Shown in pieces: positions 1 through 10,349 of a DNA stretch of 64,000 nt; the first letter of the stretch is position 1, and every line of letters begins with the position of its first letter. The position numbers and the translations under genes are program-made. Below the pieces are notes generated by a model. It searched no databases. It had not been told where the DNA came from and was given only the letters and a program-made list of their open reading frames with translations. The stretch is taken from NCBI GenBank assembly GCA_002328185.1, contig DCWQ01000021.1, positions 31,452 through 95,451 on the forward strand, written 5' to 3'. This stretch comes from Dehalococcoidia bacterium UBA2158 (GTDB lineage Bacteria > Chloroflexota > Dehalococcoidia > Lucifugimonadales > UBA3495).

Positions 1-640
1 CGATATTGGTGGTGTCGATGACGCCCCGTGAGAAGTCATCGAAATGGCCGCGAACGCCCATCTCACCGATGATCTCTCCGGCCAGACCGCTAACCGAACC
101 GAAGGCACGGTCGGCGAAGAACAGGGCCAGCAATATGCCCATGGCAACCACTGCGGACACTATCTGGTTGTTGGACATCGTCGACGAGAGCAGTCCCACC
201 GCCAGGGCGGCTGAGCCGTATAGGATGAATCCCAGATAACCGGCGTAGATGGGGCCCGGATCCGGGTCGGCGAAGACGAAGAGCAACCCGGCGTAGAAGA
301 ATGACAGAATCACCAATCCCAAGAAGAACGTCAGGCTGGCCACGTATTTGCCAACGATGATCTCCCAGTCCCGGACCGGCGAGGTCAATAGCAGCTCGAT
401 GGTGCCCAGCTTGCTCTCTTCGGCCAGCAGCCGCATGGTGAGGGCTGGGGCCAGCAGGATGAACATGACGATGGCGCCGTCAAAGAAGGGGACCATAGTC
501 GCTTCCGGGAACGGGTCGCCCAAGTCTTGAGTGAAGAAGAAGCCGGTCAGCGCTAGAAAGATCAGTCCTACTATGTAGGCGGTAGGGCTGCTGAAGTAGA
601 TCTGGATCTCTTTCCAGGCCACAGCCTGTGCCGTCCGCAT
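1..640 (-). CDS. ABC-2 transporter permease (GldF-like), runs off the window edge
   Basis: Manual translation MRTAQAVAWKEIQIYFSSPTAY...LAEESKLGTIELLLTSPVRDWEIIVGKY; multiple TM helices; directly downstream of ABC ATPase. Confidence 0.85.
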   Translation of the reverse strand, partial: MRTAQAVAWKEIQIYFSSPTAYIVGLIFLALTGFFFTQDLGDPFPEATMVPFFDGAIVMFILLAPALTMRLLAEESKLGTIELLLTSPVRDWEIIVGKYVASLTFFLGLVILSFFYAGLLFVFADPDPGPIYAGYLGFILYGSAALAVGLLSSTMSNNQIVSAVVAMGILLALFFADRAFGSVSGLAGEIIGEMGVRGHFDDFSRGVIDTTNI

Positions 641-642
641 CC

Positions 643-1590
643 CTACAACTCCTCATGGGTGGTGAGGCGGAGGAAGATCTCTTCCAGGCTCATTCCGACC
701 ATCTGTAGGCCCCGCAGACTCCAGCCGTTGCTGATCACTGCCTGGGATATCTCGTCACGCAGGTCTTTTTCGGATTGGGCCTGGATGATGTAGGTGTGGC
801 GGCCGTCGTTGTTGACGTGGGCTACTTCGTTGACGCCCTTGATGCCCTTCAGGACTGGGAGCACCTCCGCGGCCGGCCCGCCGACTTCCACTTCAAGACG
901 CTCGACACCCTGCAGGCCCGCGGCCAGGTTTTTTGGAGTATCTTCAGCCACGATGCGGCCTTCGTTGATGATCAAGACCCGGTCGCAAAGCATGCTGACT
1001 TCGGGGAGGATGTGGCTACTCAAGACCACGGTCTGGTCGCTGCCCAGCTCCTTGATGAGACGCCGCGTTTCCACCACCTGAATGGGGTCGATGCCGATGG
1101 TTGGTTCGTCCAGCACCAGCACCTGTGGTTCGTGCAAGATAGCCTGAGCGATGCCCACGCGCTGGCGGAACCCTTTGGAGAGCTTCCCTATCTGGGTTTT
1201 GCGGTAGTCGCCCAGGCGGCACACGGCTACAACGTCGCCCAAGCGCGCCTTGATCGACTTGGGAGCCATGCCCCGAAGGGTGCCCATGTACTTCAGATAG
1301 CCGTTGACAGACATGTCGGTGTACAGCGGCACGGTTTCTGGCAGGTAGCCCACCCGGCGGCGGGCGTCCAACGATTGTTCCACCACGTCGTAGCCGTCCA
1401 GAGTCACGGTGCCGTGAGTCGGAGGCATGAAGCCGGTGATGATGCGCATCGTGGTCGTCTTTCCGGCGCCGTTGGGGCCTAGAAATCCTAAGATCTCGCC
1501 CTTTCTGACACCGAAGCTGACGTCTTGAATCGCAGGATATGGGCCGTAATAGTGGGTCAGGCCCTCGGCCTGAATCATATTGGGCTGCAA
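643..1590 (-). CDS. ABC transporter ATP-binding protein (GldA-like)
   Basis: Walker A GPNGAGKT, signature LSKGFRQR, Walker B VLVLDEP, H-loop SSH. Confidence 0.95.
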   Translation of the reverse strand: MQPNMIQAEGLTHYYGPYPAIQDVSFGVRKGEILGFLGPNGAGKTTTMRIITGFMPPTHGTVTLDGYDVVEQSLDARRRVGYLPETVPLYTDMSVNGYLKYMGTLRGMAPKSIKARLGDVVAVCRLGDYRKTQIGKLSKGFRQRVGIAQAILHEPQVLVLDEPTIGIDPIQVVETRRLIKELGSDQTVVLSSHILPEVSMLCDRVLIINEGRIVAEDTPKNLAAGLQGVERLEVEVGGPAAEVLPVLKGIKGVNEVAHVNNDGRHTYIIQAQSEKDLRDEISQAVISNGWSLRGLQMVGMSLEEIFLRLTTHEEL

Positions 1591-1762
1591 ACTATTTCAC
1601 GTCGTCTGGCTCGCCTGAGCGGGCCGAATTTAACCTGATTGTGCTAGGCCACAAGTGATGATATTCTATACAACTGAATTTGCCAAGGAGCGCGAATTCG
1701 TTATTTGAGCTATCTATAGCGTAATTACCCGCGTATTTTTCCCGGATTTCTTTGGAGGCTGG

Positions 1763-2194
1763 ATGCACCTGGTTATCGACGGTTACGGCGGAGATATCGA
1801 CAAGATGTGGGACGAGGACTTGGTACGCAACTTCCTGTATGACTATCCCGATTCTTTGGATATGACCCGCATAACTGAGCCCAACGTTCTCAAATACGAG
1901 GCGCCCAAGAGAGAAGACTCCGGTGTGTCTGGGTTCGTGATCATAGCCGAAAGCCATATCAGTATCCATACTTTTCCCTGCAAGAACTACATCAATATCG
2001 ACATCTTCTCTTGCCAGCCCTTTGATCACGAATTGGCGCTGGAAGACGTTAAGGAATTGTTCGGCCTGACCGAGGTCAAGACGTGGCTGTTGGACCGCGG
2101 CCTTGAATGGCTGGATGAGCGCCAGGGTCTGGCCGAAGCACAACAGCAGCGCACCGCCCTTGAAGCCAGCGGACCAGGCAGTCATTTTGACTGA
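1763..2194 (+). CDS. speD: Pyruvoyl-dependent decarboxylase proenzyme, SpeD/AdoMetDC class 1B family (may be an arginine decarboxylase)
   Basis: GVSGFVIIAESHISIHTFP cleavage motif, IDIFSC; GGAGG RBS. Confidence 0.85.
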   Translation: MHLVIDGYGGDIDKMWDEDLVRNFLYDYPDSLDMTRITEPNVLKYEAPKREDSGVSGFVIIAESHISIHTFPCKNYINIDIFSCQPFDHELALEDVKELFGLTEVKTWLLDRGLEWLDERQGLAEAQQQRTALEASGPGSHFD

Positions 2195-3089
2195 ACCCGG
2201 GCTCGATTCTGCTTCGTCCTTGATTCCTCACAACTTCCTCGCCTTGCCCCAGGAACGGTCGTCCCTTGATGCCGCCAAGGTTGCCCTGATCCCCGTCCCT
2301 TACGACAGCACCACATCTTTCAGGAGCGGCTCCCGTGACGGCCCAGAGGCTATGATTACGGCTTCCTATGGTCTAGAGGATTACGATTTTGAGCTTGAAC
2401 TGGATGTATCAGAGATCGGCATCCACACCACGGGCGCTCTGGAACCCCACATGGCCGGTCCTGGCCCAATGACCGAGCGTATCAAGACCGTAGTCGCCTC
2501 CTATATCGGCATGGGGAAGACCGTTGGGCTGCTGGGCGGGGAGCACTCCATAACCATCGGGTCGGTCCGGGCCCATGTGGAAGCCTACCCCGGTCTTTCA
2601 GTGTTGTATCTGGACGCACATGCCGACCTGCGCGACGAGTACATGGGCACCCCTTTCGGACACGCCACTGCCGCCCGCCGGGCCTACGAATGTTGCCCGA
2701 TAGCCCTGGCCGGAGTGCGCAGCTTGTGCCAGGAAGAGCATGACTTCATCCGGGAGAACAACGTCCCGGTCTGGTATTGGGGCGCCGACCCGGTTAGCAG
2801 TTCACCGGAAAGCGTGCTGGACAGCCTCAGCGACACGGTATATGTGAGCGTGGACCTGGACGTGCTGGACCCGGCCTTGATGCCCGCCGTGGGCACCCCG
2901 GAGCCTGGGGGAATGGCCTGGCATCAACTGGTCTCATTGCTGGGCAAGGTGGCAGCGTCCCGCCGAATAGTCGGCTTTGATGTTTGCGAACTGGCCCCAG
3001 CGGATGGCCCTCCCGCCTGCTTTTACACCGCCGCCAAGTTGGTCTACAAGTTAGTGGCTTACGCCTGTGGCGGCAAACAGGTCTCCTAG
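2187..3089 (+). CDS. speB: Agmatinase
   Basis: GGEHSIT, DAHADLR, SVDLDVLDP, GTPEPGG ureohydrolase motifs; TTG start overlapping speD end. Confidence 0.9.
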   Translation: MTEPGLDSASSLIPHNFLALPQERSSLDAAKVALIPVPYDSTTSFRSGSRDGPEAMITASYGLEDYDFELELDVSEIGIHTTGALEPHMAGPGPMTERIKTVVASYIGMGKTVGLLGGEHSITIGSVRAHVEAYPGLSVLYLDAHADLRDEYMGTPFGHATAARRAYECCPIALAGVRSLCQEEHDFIRENNVPVWYWGADPVSSSPESVLDSLSDTVYVSVDLDVLDPALMPAVGTPEPGGMAWHQLVSLLGKVAASRRIVGFDVCELAPADGPPACFYTAAKLVYKLVAYACGGKQVS

Positions 3090-3209
3090 GCGCACAGCCC
3101 GGCGATTCGTCGGGTATAGCGGCGTCAGGTGTTCATGTGAGATGCTGGATATACAATAGCCTTCCGGTATCGGCTGTATCGGCTGGCTGAATCGAAGGGT
3201 CGTGTATCT

Positions 3210-3911
3210 ATGGGAGCATCGCTGCGATTGGGCCGGGTTTTCGGCATCCCGGTCGAGATCAACATCAGTTGGGTCTTAGTATTTCTGCTGCTCATCTATC
3301 TGCTTGCCGGGCAGTTTGATGACGCCAGATTGCTCTGGCCGGTGGCCCAACGGTGGTCGGTCGCCATGATTACCGTGGTCCTGTTCTTCCTCTCGGTCCT
3401 CGCCCATGAACTCAGCCATAGCGTCATGGCCTTGAGCAAGGGGATACCGGTACGGGGCATAACCCTCTTCATCTTCGGCGGCGTTTCACATCTGGACCGC
3501 GAGCCCCAGCGGCCTCTCACCGAGTTCATGGTAGCTCTGATCGGGCCTCTTTTAAGCATCGTTCTGGCGGTGATGTTCGGCGCGGTCTGGTTCTTGTTGG
3601 GCCGGGGTGATTCCCCGGTGGAAGTGATCTTGCTGCTTCTGGCGTGGACCAATCTGAGCCTGGGATTGTTCAACCTGGTGCCCGGCTATCCGCTGGACGG
3701 GGGCCGCTTGCTGCGGGCGGGTATCTGGGGATTCACCGGTAACCACCGCAAGGCGACGCGCATCTCGGCCGGGATGGGCCAGGCCGTGGGCGTGGCGATG
3801 GTTGTAGGGGGCGCCTCTCTGGCAGTATTCTCGGAACCGGTGGATGGCGTGTGGCTAGGAATCGTCGGGATTTTCTTATTTTCTTTGGCTAAAAGCAGTT
3901 TCCCAGAGTAG
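3210..3911 (+). CDS. Site-2 protease (peptidase M50)
   Basis: HELSH zinc motif and NLVPGYPLDGG. Confidence 0.92.
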   Translation: MGASLRLGRVFGIPVEINISWVLVFLLLIYLLAGQFDDARLLWPVAQRWSVAMITVVLFFLSVLAHELSHSVMALSKGIPVRGITLFIFGGVSHLDREPQRPLTEFMVALIGPLLSIVLAVMFGAVWFLLGRGDSPVEVILLLLAWTNLSLGLFNLVPGYPLDGGRLLRAGIWGFTGNHRKATRISAGMGQAVGVAMVVGGASLAVFSEPVDGVWLGIVGIFLFSLAKSSFPE

Positions 3912-3997
3912 GCCGTTCCAAGCTCGAATGAACGTAGCTATGCTAAAATGGCTTCACCGAATTGCGGCCAAGAAGGCTGATGTACATACGGACGAAA

Positions 3998-5191
3998 ATG
4001 ACGATCGAAGGCACAGTTTACTTAGACCATGCCGGCACCACGCCCCTGGACCCTAAGGTCCTTGAAGCCATGGTCCCCTATTTCAGTCAACACTTCGGCA
4101 ACCCCTCCAGTCTCCACTCGGTGGGCCAAGAGGCCCGTTACGCCCTGGACGAGGCCCGGGAGCGGGTGGCCGGCGTGCTTAATTGCCGCCCCAGAGAGGT
4201 GGTTTTCACTGGGGGCGGGACTGAGTCGGACAACGCGGCTATCCACGGAGTGGCCACGGCGCTGCACGAGACCGGCAACCACATCGTAACTTCCAGCGTG
4301 GAGCACCATGCCGTGTTGCACGCCTGCCAGTACCTGGAGTCCCAGGGTTTTGAGGTCACCTATCTGCCGGTGGATGCCGACGGCATGGTGCAGCCTGAGG
4401 CGGTGTACAACGCCATCAACGAACGCACCACCCTGGTTACCATCATGTACGGCAACAATGAGATCGGGACCATAAACCCAATCTCTGAGATCGCCAAAAC
4501 CATTAAGAAGCGTGCCGGCAAGCTGTCGCGGACCATCGTGTTCCATACTGATGCGGTGCAGGCAGCCGGATACCTGTCCCTGGGGGTCGCCGAATTAGGT
4601 GTCGACTTGCTGAGTCTGTCCGGGCACAAGTTCCACGGACCCAAGGGCACCGGGGTGCTTTACATAAAACGGGGCACGCCCTATCTGCCGTTGATCCACG
4701 GCGGAGGCCAGGAGAGGGAACGCCGTTCTGGCACCGAGAACATACCGGGGATCATCGGCTTGTCGCTGGCCCTAGATGCGGCTAATTCAGCCAGGGAGGA
4801 GACCAGCCAACGCTGCTCCGCACTCAGAGACCAGATCATAGAATCGGTGTTGGAACAGATACCGGGCAGCCGCCTGAACGGCCACGCGACCCAGAGACTG
4901 CCCAACAACGCCAATTTCTCGTTCACGGGAGTGGAAGGGGAACCCATCCTGCTTGGCCTGGACATGGCGGGAATCGCCGCATCAAGCGGCAGCGCGTGCA
5001 GCTCGGGCTCGCTGGAACCTTCCCACGTTCTGTTAGCACTTGGCCAGTCGGCCGAGATCGCTCGCGGCAGCCTCCGACTCACCCTAGGCCGCGACAACAC
5101 GGAAGAAGAGGTGGAATACCTGCTGGGAGTGTTGGTGGAGCTTGTCCAACGACTGCGCCAATTGCCCAGCCTGACCACCGCCCGCTCATGA
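3998..5191 (+). CDS. iscS: Cysteine desulfurase, group I (IscS/NifS)
   Basis: [19 protein letters not shown] (PLP Lys), SSGSACSS. Confidence 0.92.
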   Translation: MTIEGTVYLDHAGTTPLDPKVLEAMVPYFSQHFGNPSSLHSVGQEARYALDEARERVAGVLNCRPREVVFTGGGTESDNAAIHGVATALHETGNHIVTSSVEHHAVLHACQYLESQGFEVTYLPVDADGMVQPEAVYNAINERTTLVTIMYGNNEIGTINPISEIAKTIKKRAGKLSRTIVFHTDAVQAAGYLSLGVAELGVDLLSLSGHKFHGPKGTGVLYIKRGTPYLPLIHGGGQERERRSGTENIPGIIGLSLALDAANSAREETSQRCSALRDQIIESVLEQIPGSRLNGHATQRLPNNANFSFTGVEGEPILLGLDMAGIAASSGSACSSGSLEPSHVLLALGQSAEIARGSLRLTLGRDNTEEEVEYLLGVLVELVQRLRQLPSLTTARS

Positions 5192-5274
5192 ATCTACTGT
5201 TATCGGCAGCGGCGTATCTTGGTTGACTACACTGGCTCCCATGAAACGTTATCCCTGTTGGCCGGAGTTCCGGT

Positions 5275-6099
5275 TTGATTTTTAAACGCTCGATATTTTG
5301 GCTCCTTCTGATCTTGATGCCTTTCTTGATCGTGGCTTGCAGCGATGCGTCCTCTACGTTGGGTCAGTACCACGAGGGCCGGATCCTATTGTTGAATGTT
5401 TTGGAGATGAAGCGTTCCGACGAACTCCGCTACTCGACCATCGACACCGAAGATGTCATCCGCAAGTGGCGGATCCAGCCTTCGGCTCCAGGCCAAGAAC
5501 TTCTGATGATGCGCTTCAAGTTGGAGAACCACGTCGCGTTGAATACGGTGGTCGTCGCAGACCAGCAAGCGGCGGTGATCGAGGGCTTCTTCGAGGATGA
5601 TTACCGGCCGATCAGCATCACCGACACGGTGTTTCTGGACCAGCGCGGCCAGGGAGAAGGCGCCGTCACGATGGAGGCTGGCGAGTGCACGGACCACGCC
5701 CGGCTGGTGGTGAATGCCGGGACCAACGTCCAGTGGACCAACCGGGGGGAGACGAATTCCGCGATTCAGTTTGGCCCGGGCGTACTGTCTGATCTTGGTG
5801 TAGAGCTGCTCCAGATAGCGCCGGGAGCCTCGATCACCCACCGTTTCGACCAACCGGGGACATTCAATTACCAATGCTCCAGCGGCGGCGACGGCTCCCC
5901 CCAGCCGGCCCAGATCTTGGTCGAGGCTGCTGATTCGGTCCGGGACAACAAAGAGAACAACATCCTCTTCTTAGAGGGCTCATTTAATCTGCCCAGGGAC
6001 ACCTCGATCGACGGGTGGATGCTGTTTGATATCCCCAAAGACACCAAGATCAAGAACCTGCGCTGGCGGGCCGGAGACAGCATCACCGTCCGGTTCTAG
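5275..6099 (+). CDS. Lipoprotein with Ig-like (DUF4352-like) domain containing an inserted cupredoxin-like domain
   Basis: Lipobox LIVAC; GTNVQWTN...IAPGASITHRFDQPGTFNYQC; C-terminal GWMLFDIP. Confidence 0.6.
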   Translation: MIFKRSIFWLLLILMPFLIVACSDASSTLGQYHEGRILLLNVLEMKRSDELRYSTIDTEDVIRKWRIQPSAPGQELLMMRFKLENHVALNTVVVADQQAAVIEGFFEDDYRPISITDTVFLDQRGQGEGAVTMEAGECTDHARLVVNAGTNVQWTNRGETNSAIQFGPGVLSDLGVELLQIAPGASITHRFDQPGTFNYQCSSGGDGSPQPAQILVEAADSVRDNKENNILFLEGSFNLPRDTSIDGWMLFDIPKDTKIKNLRWRAGDSITVRF

Positions 6100-6176
6100 G
6101 CGGCGTTAGCCGCTGATTGAACCGTGTGCTCTTTCGACTTAAGTCCTTCTCTTCGTCTATTCTTTGGTTTCTTTCC

Positions 6177-6411
6177 CCGTCATCCAGGAAAAAACCGGAA
6201 TGACGGCAAGGCATATCTGATGGCTCTCGAATGACCTATGCCCAATCGTTGCCCTTACCCTAACCCTCCCCGTTGTGACGAGAGAGGGGACTTGTCTTGT
6301 CATTCCGGCGCAGGCCGGAATCCATGTAGACACACCTGCAACCAACTTTCCCAGATAATCGGGCTTTGATTCCAAGAGGAGTTCCGTGGATTCCCGCTTT
6401 CGCAGGAATGG
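6177..6411. repeat. Cluster of REP-like palindromes (GTCATTCC..GGAATCC type plus one CCCTCCCC..GAGAGGG type)
   Basis: gtcattccggcgcaggccggaatcca 6299-6324; tggattcccgctttcgcaggaatgg 6387-6411; cccttaccctaaccctcccc..gagagggg 6252-6290. Confidence 0.75.
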
Positions 6412-6524
6412 TGGCGTTAGTGCGGGCGCGGTAAAATTCGGTCAAATCCGTGATGGAGCTTTGGTCTATGGGCCGCATGCGCCGGTATCTGGACATACTG
6501 GTTTTCGGCGGCGAAAGAAGGGTC

Positions 6525-7115
6525 GTGCAAGGCGCTTCTCCGCCTCCTATCTGGCGTAGGTTGTTCCACATCGTCGCCGGGTCTTCTATATCGCTGGTCG
6601 CGATATGGGTATCCGAGACACCCATGATCTGGGCCTTGGCGGTACTGGCCGGTCAGGGGCTTGCCCTGGACTTGGTCCGGTTCAGAGTCGGCTGGCTGAA
6701 CGCGCTGTTCACCCGCTGGCTGGCGCCCCTTCTCAAGGAAGACGAGGCGGCTCACATCACCGGCGCCACCTACATGCTCATAGCGGCCCTGATCGTCTAC
6801 GTGCTTTTTGGGAAAGAAGTGGCCATCCCGGTCATGTTCTTCCTATCCCTGGGAGACCCGGCGGCTGCGATGGTGGGTCGGCGCATGCCTGGCCCCAGGA
6901 TATTCGGCAAGTCTCCGCTGGGTACCGTGGCGTTCGTCGGAGTTGGCGCTGGGGCGGCGGCGGTGCTCATCGTGGCCAACGGCATCGATCACCATTGGGC
7001 GCTTTGGGTGGGGGCAGGAGTGGCTGCAGTTGTGGAATTGGCGTCTATCCCACCGGATGACAATTTGGCCATTCCCCTTCTGGCGGGGACGGTTATGTTT
7101 GTGTTGGGAGTCTAG
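6525..7115 (+). CDS. CTP-dependent polyprenol/diacylglycerol kinase family membrane protein
   Basis: WRRLFH, LGDPAAAMVGR, GKSPLGT, DDNL motifs; start uncertain (6450-6525). Confidence 0.8.
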   Translation: MQGASPPPIWRRLFHIVAGSSISLVAIWVSETPMIWALAVLAGQGLALDLVRFRVGWLNALFTRWLAPLLKEDEAAHITGATYMLIAALIVYVLFGKEVAIPVMFFLSLGDPAAAMVGRRMPGPRIFGKSPLGTVAFVGVGAGAAAVLIVANGIDHHWALWVGAGVAAVVELASIPPDDNLAIPLLAGTVMFVLGV

Positions 7116-7266
7116 GCGGTCTCCGAGTCGTATAGGTCAGGCTAAAGCCAGGACAATATCCGTTTGGAACTAAACAGGCCTTGGTCCATTGGACTGCGGT
7201 GGATGCCAAGCGTAGCGGGTTGAAAACTCGCGCCTACGGACCGGTCCGTCCCAAGCTCAAGATGAA

Positions 7267-7398
7267 TGGATTCCGGCGAAAGCCGGAATGACGGGGAAGT
7301 AACTCCCTCTCCCATCCTTCCGCGGAAAGAGGAGAGGGTGAGGGCGATGGTTTGGCGCAAGTCTGGTTTGCCTGGATTCCTGCTTTCGCAGGGATGGC
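7267..7398. repeat. REP-like palindrome cluster
   Basis: tggattccggcgaaagccggaatgac, ccctctcccatccttccgcggaaagaggagaggg, tggattcctgctttcgcagggatg; same families as 6177-6411. Confidence 0.75.
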
Positions 7399-7434
7399 GT
7401 AGGGGTTGGCCAGGACGAACGGTGTGGCGTAGCC

Positions 7435-8796
7435 CTACTGGGCTGCCCCGTTGAAATCGGTTATCTCCGCCCGCTCCCGCTGGAATTTCACGTAGGCTTG
7501 CTTGCTCATCAGCGGCCGGTGATTGGCTTTGACCTCTTGGGCCCGCTTGGCGCCGTCGGCCAGCAGGTCGATCACTACCATGGCCATGATCTTGGCAGGC
7601 ATGATCACCGCGGACTCGTAGTCGGTGATGACGTACTCACTGCTGTGGCCCGGACCGACCGCTCCGGCGGCGTAGGGGTGGCATGCGGGCATCAGGTGGC
7701 TTAGGTCTCCCATGTCGGTGGAGCCGCCTCGGTTGTGGCGGGCTGGCATGACCAGCGTGGCCTGTTCCCCCATCAGTTCAACGGCTGTCCTCCGGAAGAT
7801 GTCCTGCAACTTAGTATCGTGGCGCATGGGCAGGTAACCGGGGATGGTGGTGATGTTCACCGAAGCTCCCACGGCCAAGGCTCCGGCCCGGAAACAACGG
7901 TCCACCGCCACGGAGTTCTCAACCACAACCTTGGGGGTGGATGAGCGGACACGCCACTCCAGTCTCACATCCGAGGGCACAGCGCTGACTGCCTCGCCGC
8001 CCCTGGTCATGATTCCGTGGACGCGGACGGTGTCGTCGGCCTTGTGGGTCTCCCTGAGGGCGTTGATGGCTTGGATGGCGAATGAGGCAGCGTTCAGGGC
8101 GTTGACGCCCCGGTGGGGCAGGCTTCCGGCATGGACCCCGACGCCCGTGTACTTAATGAACTTCACCACGTGGCCGTTGCTGGTGCCGCCCATGGCGAAC
8201 TTACGCTCGCCCATGTCGCTGGCCGTGTGACACATCATGGCGATGTCCACGTCATCGAACTGGCCCAGGCGGATCAGTTCTTGTTTGCCGCCCAGGAACT
8301 CCAGCTTGCCCTCATTACGCATCTCCAGCCGCTGTTCGACCTCAATGAACTCCTCAGCTGGCACGGCGAAGGGCACGATCTCGCCCGAGAGTTGGGCCAT
8401 CACTTCAGGAGTTAGTAGACCCATCGTGGCTCCCAGCATCATGCCGATCTGACAGTGATGACCGCAAGCATGGGCTGCGCCGGTGTCAGGGTCGGCGTGG
8501 GGATGTTCGGTCACTACCAGGGAGTCCAGTTCGCCGATCACGGCCACTCTGGGTCCGGGGCCTGCGCCGCCCTGTATGCGGCCCTTCAGTCCGGTGAGTG
8601 CCAGCCCGCTCTCGTGCTGGATGCCCAACTCTTGGAATTTCTCGGACACGAGTTTGGCGGTCTTGACCTCACGGAACCCGGCCTCAGGGTTGGCCAACAC
8701 CTGCTGAGCCACGCCCACGATCTCCTTCTTGCGCTTCTCAATGGTCTCGCAGGCGCGTTTTTTTAGCTCTTCGATTGTAAGAGTAGATGTGGTCAT
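7435..8796 (-). CDS. M20 family amidohydrolase (AbgB/Acy1L2-like)
   Basis: GELDSL, HACGHHCQ, PAEE, GGSTDMGDLS. Confidence 0.88.
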   Translation of the reverse strand: MTTSTLTIEELKKRACETIEKRKKEIVGVAQQVLANPEAGFREVKTAKLVSEKFQELGIQHESGLALTGLKGRIQGGAGPGPRVAVIGELDSLVVTEHPHADPDTGAAHACGHHCQIGMMLGATMGLLTPEVMAQLSGEIVPFAVPAEEFIEVEQRLEMRNEGKLEFLGGKQELIRLGQFDDVDIAMMCHTASDMGERKFAMGGTSNGHVVKFIKYTGVGVHAGSLPHRGVNALNAASFAIQAINALRETHKADDTVRVHGIMTRGGEAVSAVPSDVRLEWRVRSSTPKVVVENSVAVDRCFRAGALAVGASVNITTIPGYLPMRHDTKLQDIFRRTAVELMGEQATLVMPARHNRGGSTDMGDLSHLMPACHPYAAGAVGPGHSSEYVITDYESAVIMPAKIMAMVVIDLLADGAKRAQEVKANHRPLMSKQAYVKFQRERAEITDFNGAAQ

Positions 8797-8841
8797 GGAT
8801 TAGGAGACCCTAGATGAGAGAGTAGGTGTGGTCATGGGTGA

Positions 8842-10170
8842 TTAGCTCTTGAAAGTCTCTTCAGAGGCAAGGTCGCGCATGAACTTCAGGTATTCGGGGG
8901 TGGACATGTCCGGACGCTGACCTCCCGCGATGCTGTTGCCGTGGGACGCGTCGTCGGCAAGTAGGTCGATGGCCGTGTTGGCCAGGGCCTTGGCTCCCTT
9001 GATCACGGCCAGGCTGTAGTCCTCGATCACGTAAGTCGCGCCGTGGCCGAGGCCGGTTGCACCGCCTACGTAGGGATGAATGACGGGCATTAGGCGGCTG
9101 ATGTCGCCCATGTCGGTGGAGCCGCCCCGGTGGTCCACGTAGCCGACGTTCTCTTCGCCCACCAGTTCTGCAGCGTTGACCCGGAAAATCTCAGCCATCG
9201 CTTTGTTCTGCTTTAGCGGCATGTAGCCGGGAATGGTCTGAATCTTGACCTGGGCGCCCACTGCCATGGCACCGGCCCTAAGCGCCCGGTCCACCTTGGT
9301 GTTGGCGTCCATAAGCGCCTCCAGACTACGTCCCCGGACAAAGGTCTCCATGCGCACATCGGCGGGCACTGCGCTAACCGCCTCTCCGCCCTTGGTGATG
9401 ATGGGGTGGACTCTGATGCTGTCCTCGTCCCGGAAGGTCTCCCGGTTGAAGTTGATGGCGGTCATCGCCATCATGGCGGCGTTCAGGGCGTTGATGCCCA
9501 GGTGGGGCGCGCCCCCTGCATGGGAGGCCTTGCCAATGAATTGGATGCGCTTGGCCACGGTGCCGTTGTTGGTGTTGCTGATGCACATAAGCTTTTCGGC
9601 CGGGTTGCTGGTGGTGTGGAGCATCATGGCCAGGTGGACGTCATCGAATTCGCCCAGGCGGACCAGTTCCGGTTTGCCGCCCAAGAACTCGATCTTGCCG
9701 TCGCGTCGCAGCCCGTCCCGGTATTCGATCTCGATGTATTCTTCAGCCGGGACCGCCATGAAGGCGAGACGCCCGGCCAGATGGTCAAGGACATTGGAGT
9801 TGGTTAGCGCCGTGGCCGCGCCCAGTATCATGGCTATCTGGCAATGGTGCCCGCAGGCGTGGGCCGCGTTGGTGTCGGGGTCGGCATAGGGGTGATCGGA
9901 GACGATCAGAGAGTCTAGTTCGCCCAATATGGCCAGGGTCGGGCCGGGGGAGGTGCCCGAGGCGTCGGCCCGCACTCCCGTCACGGCCAGTCCACTCCTG
10001 GGCTGCATTCCCAGGACGGCGAACTGCTCGGCCACCAGCTTCGCGGTCTTGACCTCGCGGAACCCGGGCTCCGGGTTCTTGAGGATGGTCTTGGCCACGG
10101 CGGTCAGTTCATCGGCTTTGGCGTCGATGATCTCCGCTGCACGGCGTTTCAGGTCCTCTTTCGAGGGCAT
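8842..10170 (-). CDS. M20 family amidohydrolase, tandem paralogue
   Basis: Same motifs (GELDSL, HACGHHCQ, PAEE, GGSTDMGDIS); start at MPSKEDL. Confidence 0.88.
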   Translation of the reverse strand: MPSKEDLKRRAAEIIDAKADELTAVAKTILKNPEPGFREVKTAKLVAEQFAVLGMQPRSGLAVTGVRADASGTSPGPTLAILGELDSLIVSDHPYADPDTNAAHACGHHCQIAMILGAATALTNSNVLDHLAGRLAFMAVPAEEYIEIEYRDGLRRDGKIEFLGGKPELVRLGEFDDVHLAMMLHTTSNPAEKLMCISNTNNGTVAKRIQFIGKASHAGGAPHLGINALNAAMMAMTAINFNRETFRDEDSIRVHPIITKGGEAVSAVPADVRMETFVRGRSLEALMDANTKVDRALRAGAMAVGAQVKIQTIPGYMPLKQNKAMAEIFRVNAAELVGEENVGYVDHRGGSTDMGDISRLMPVIHPYVGGATGLGHGATYVIEDYSLAVIKGAKALANTAIDLLADDASHGNSIAGGQRPDMSTPEYLKFMRDLASEETFKS

Positions 10171-10349
10171 CAGGCAATCTCCAAATCTGCCGCGGATCAT
10201 TCAGGCTCCGGGCGGTGGTGTTGCGAGCGGTGTTGATTGTAACAAAGGCAGCCTGGGATGGGTATCCCGGAGTGTATAATGGCCGGGCTGCAGCTGAGCC
10301 TTAGGCTAGGCTCAAATCGTGCCTTGGCTCTTTCTATCCAAACACCCAT

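Noticed and set aside
6177-7398. Clustered palindromes as a CRISPR array
   Set aside because: No regularly spaced identical direct repeats with unique spacers, and no cas genes
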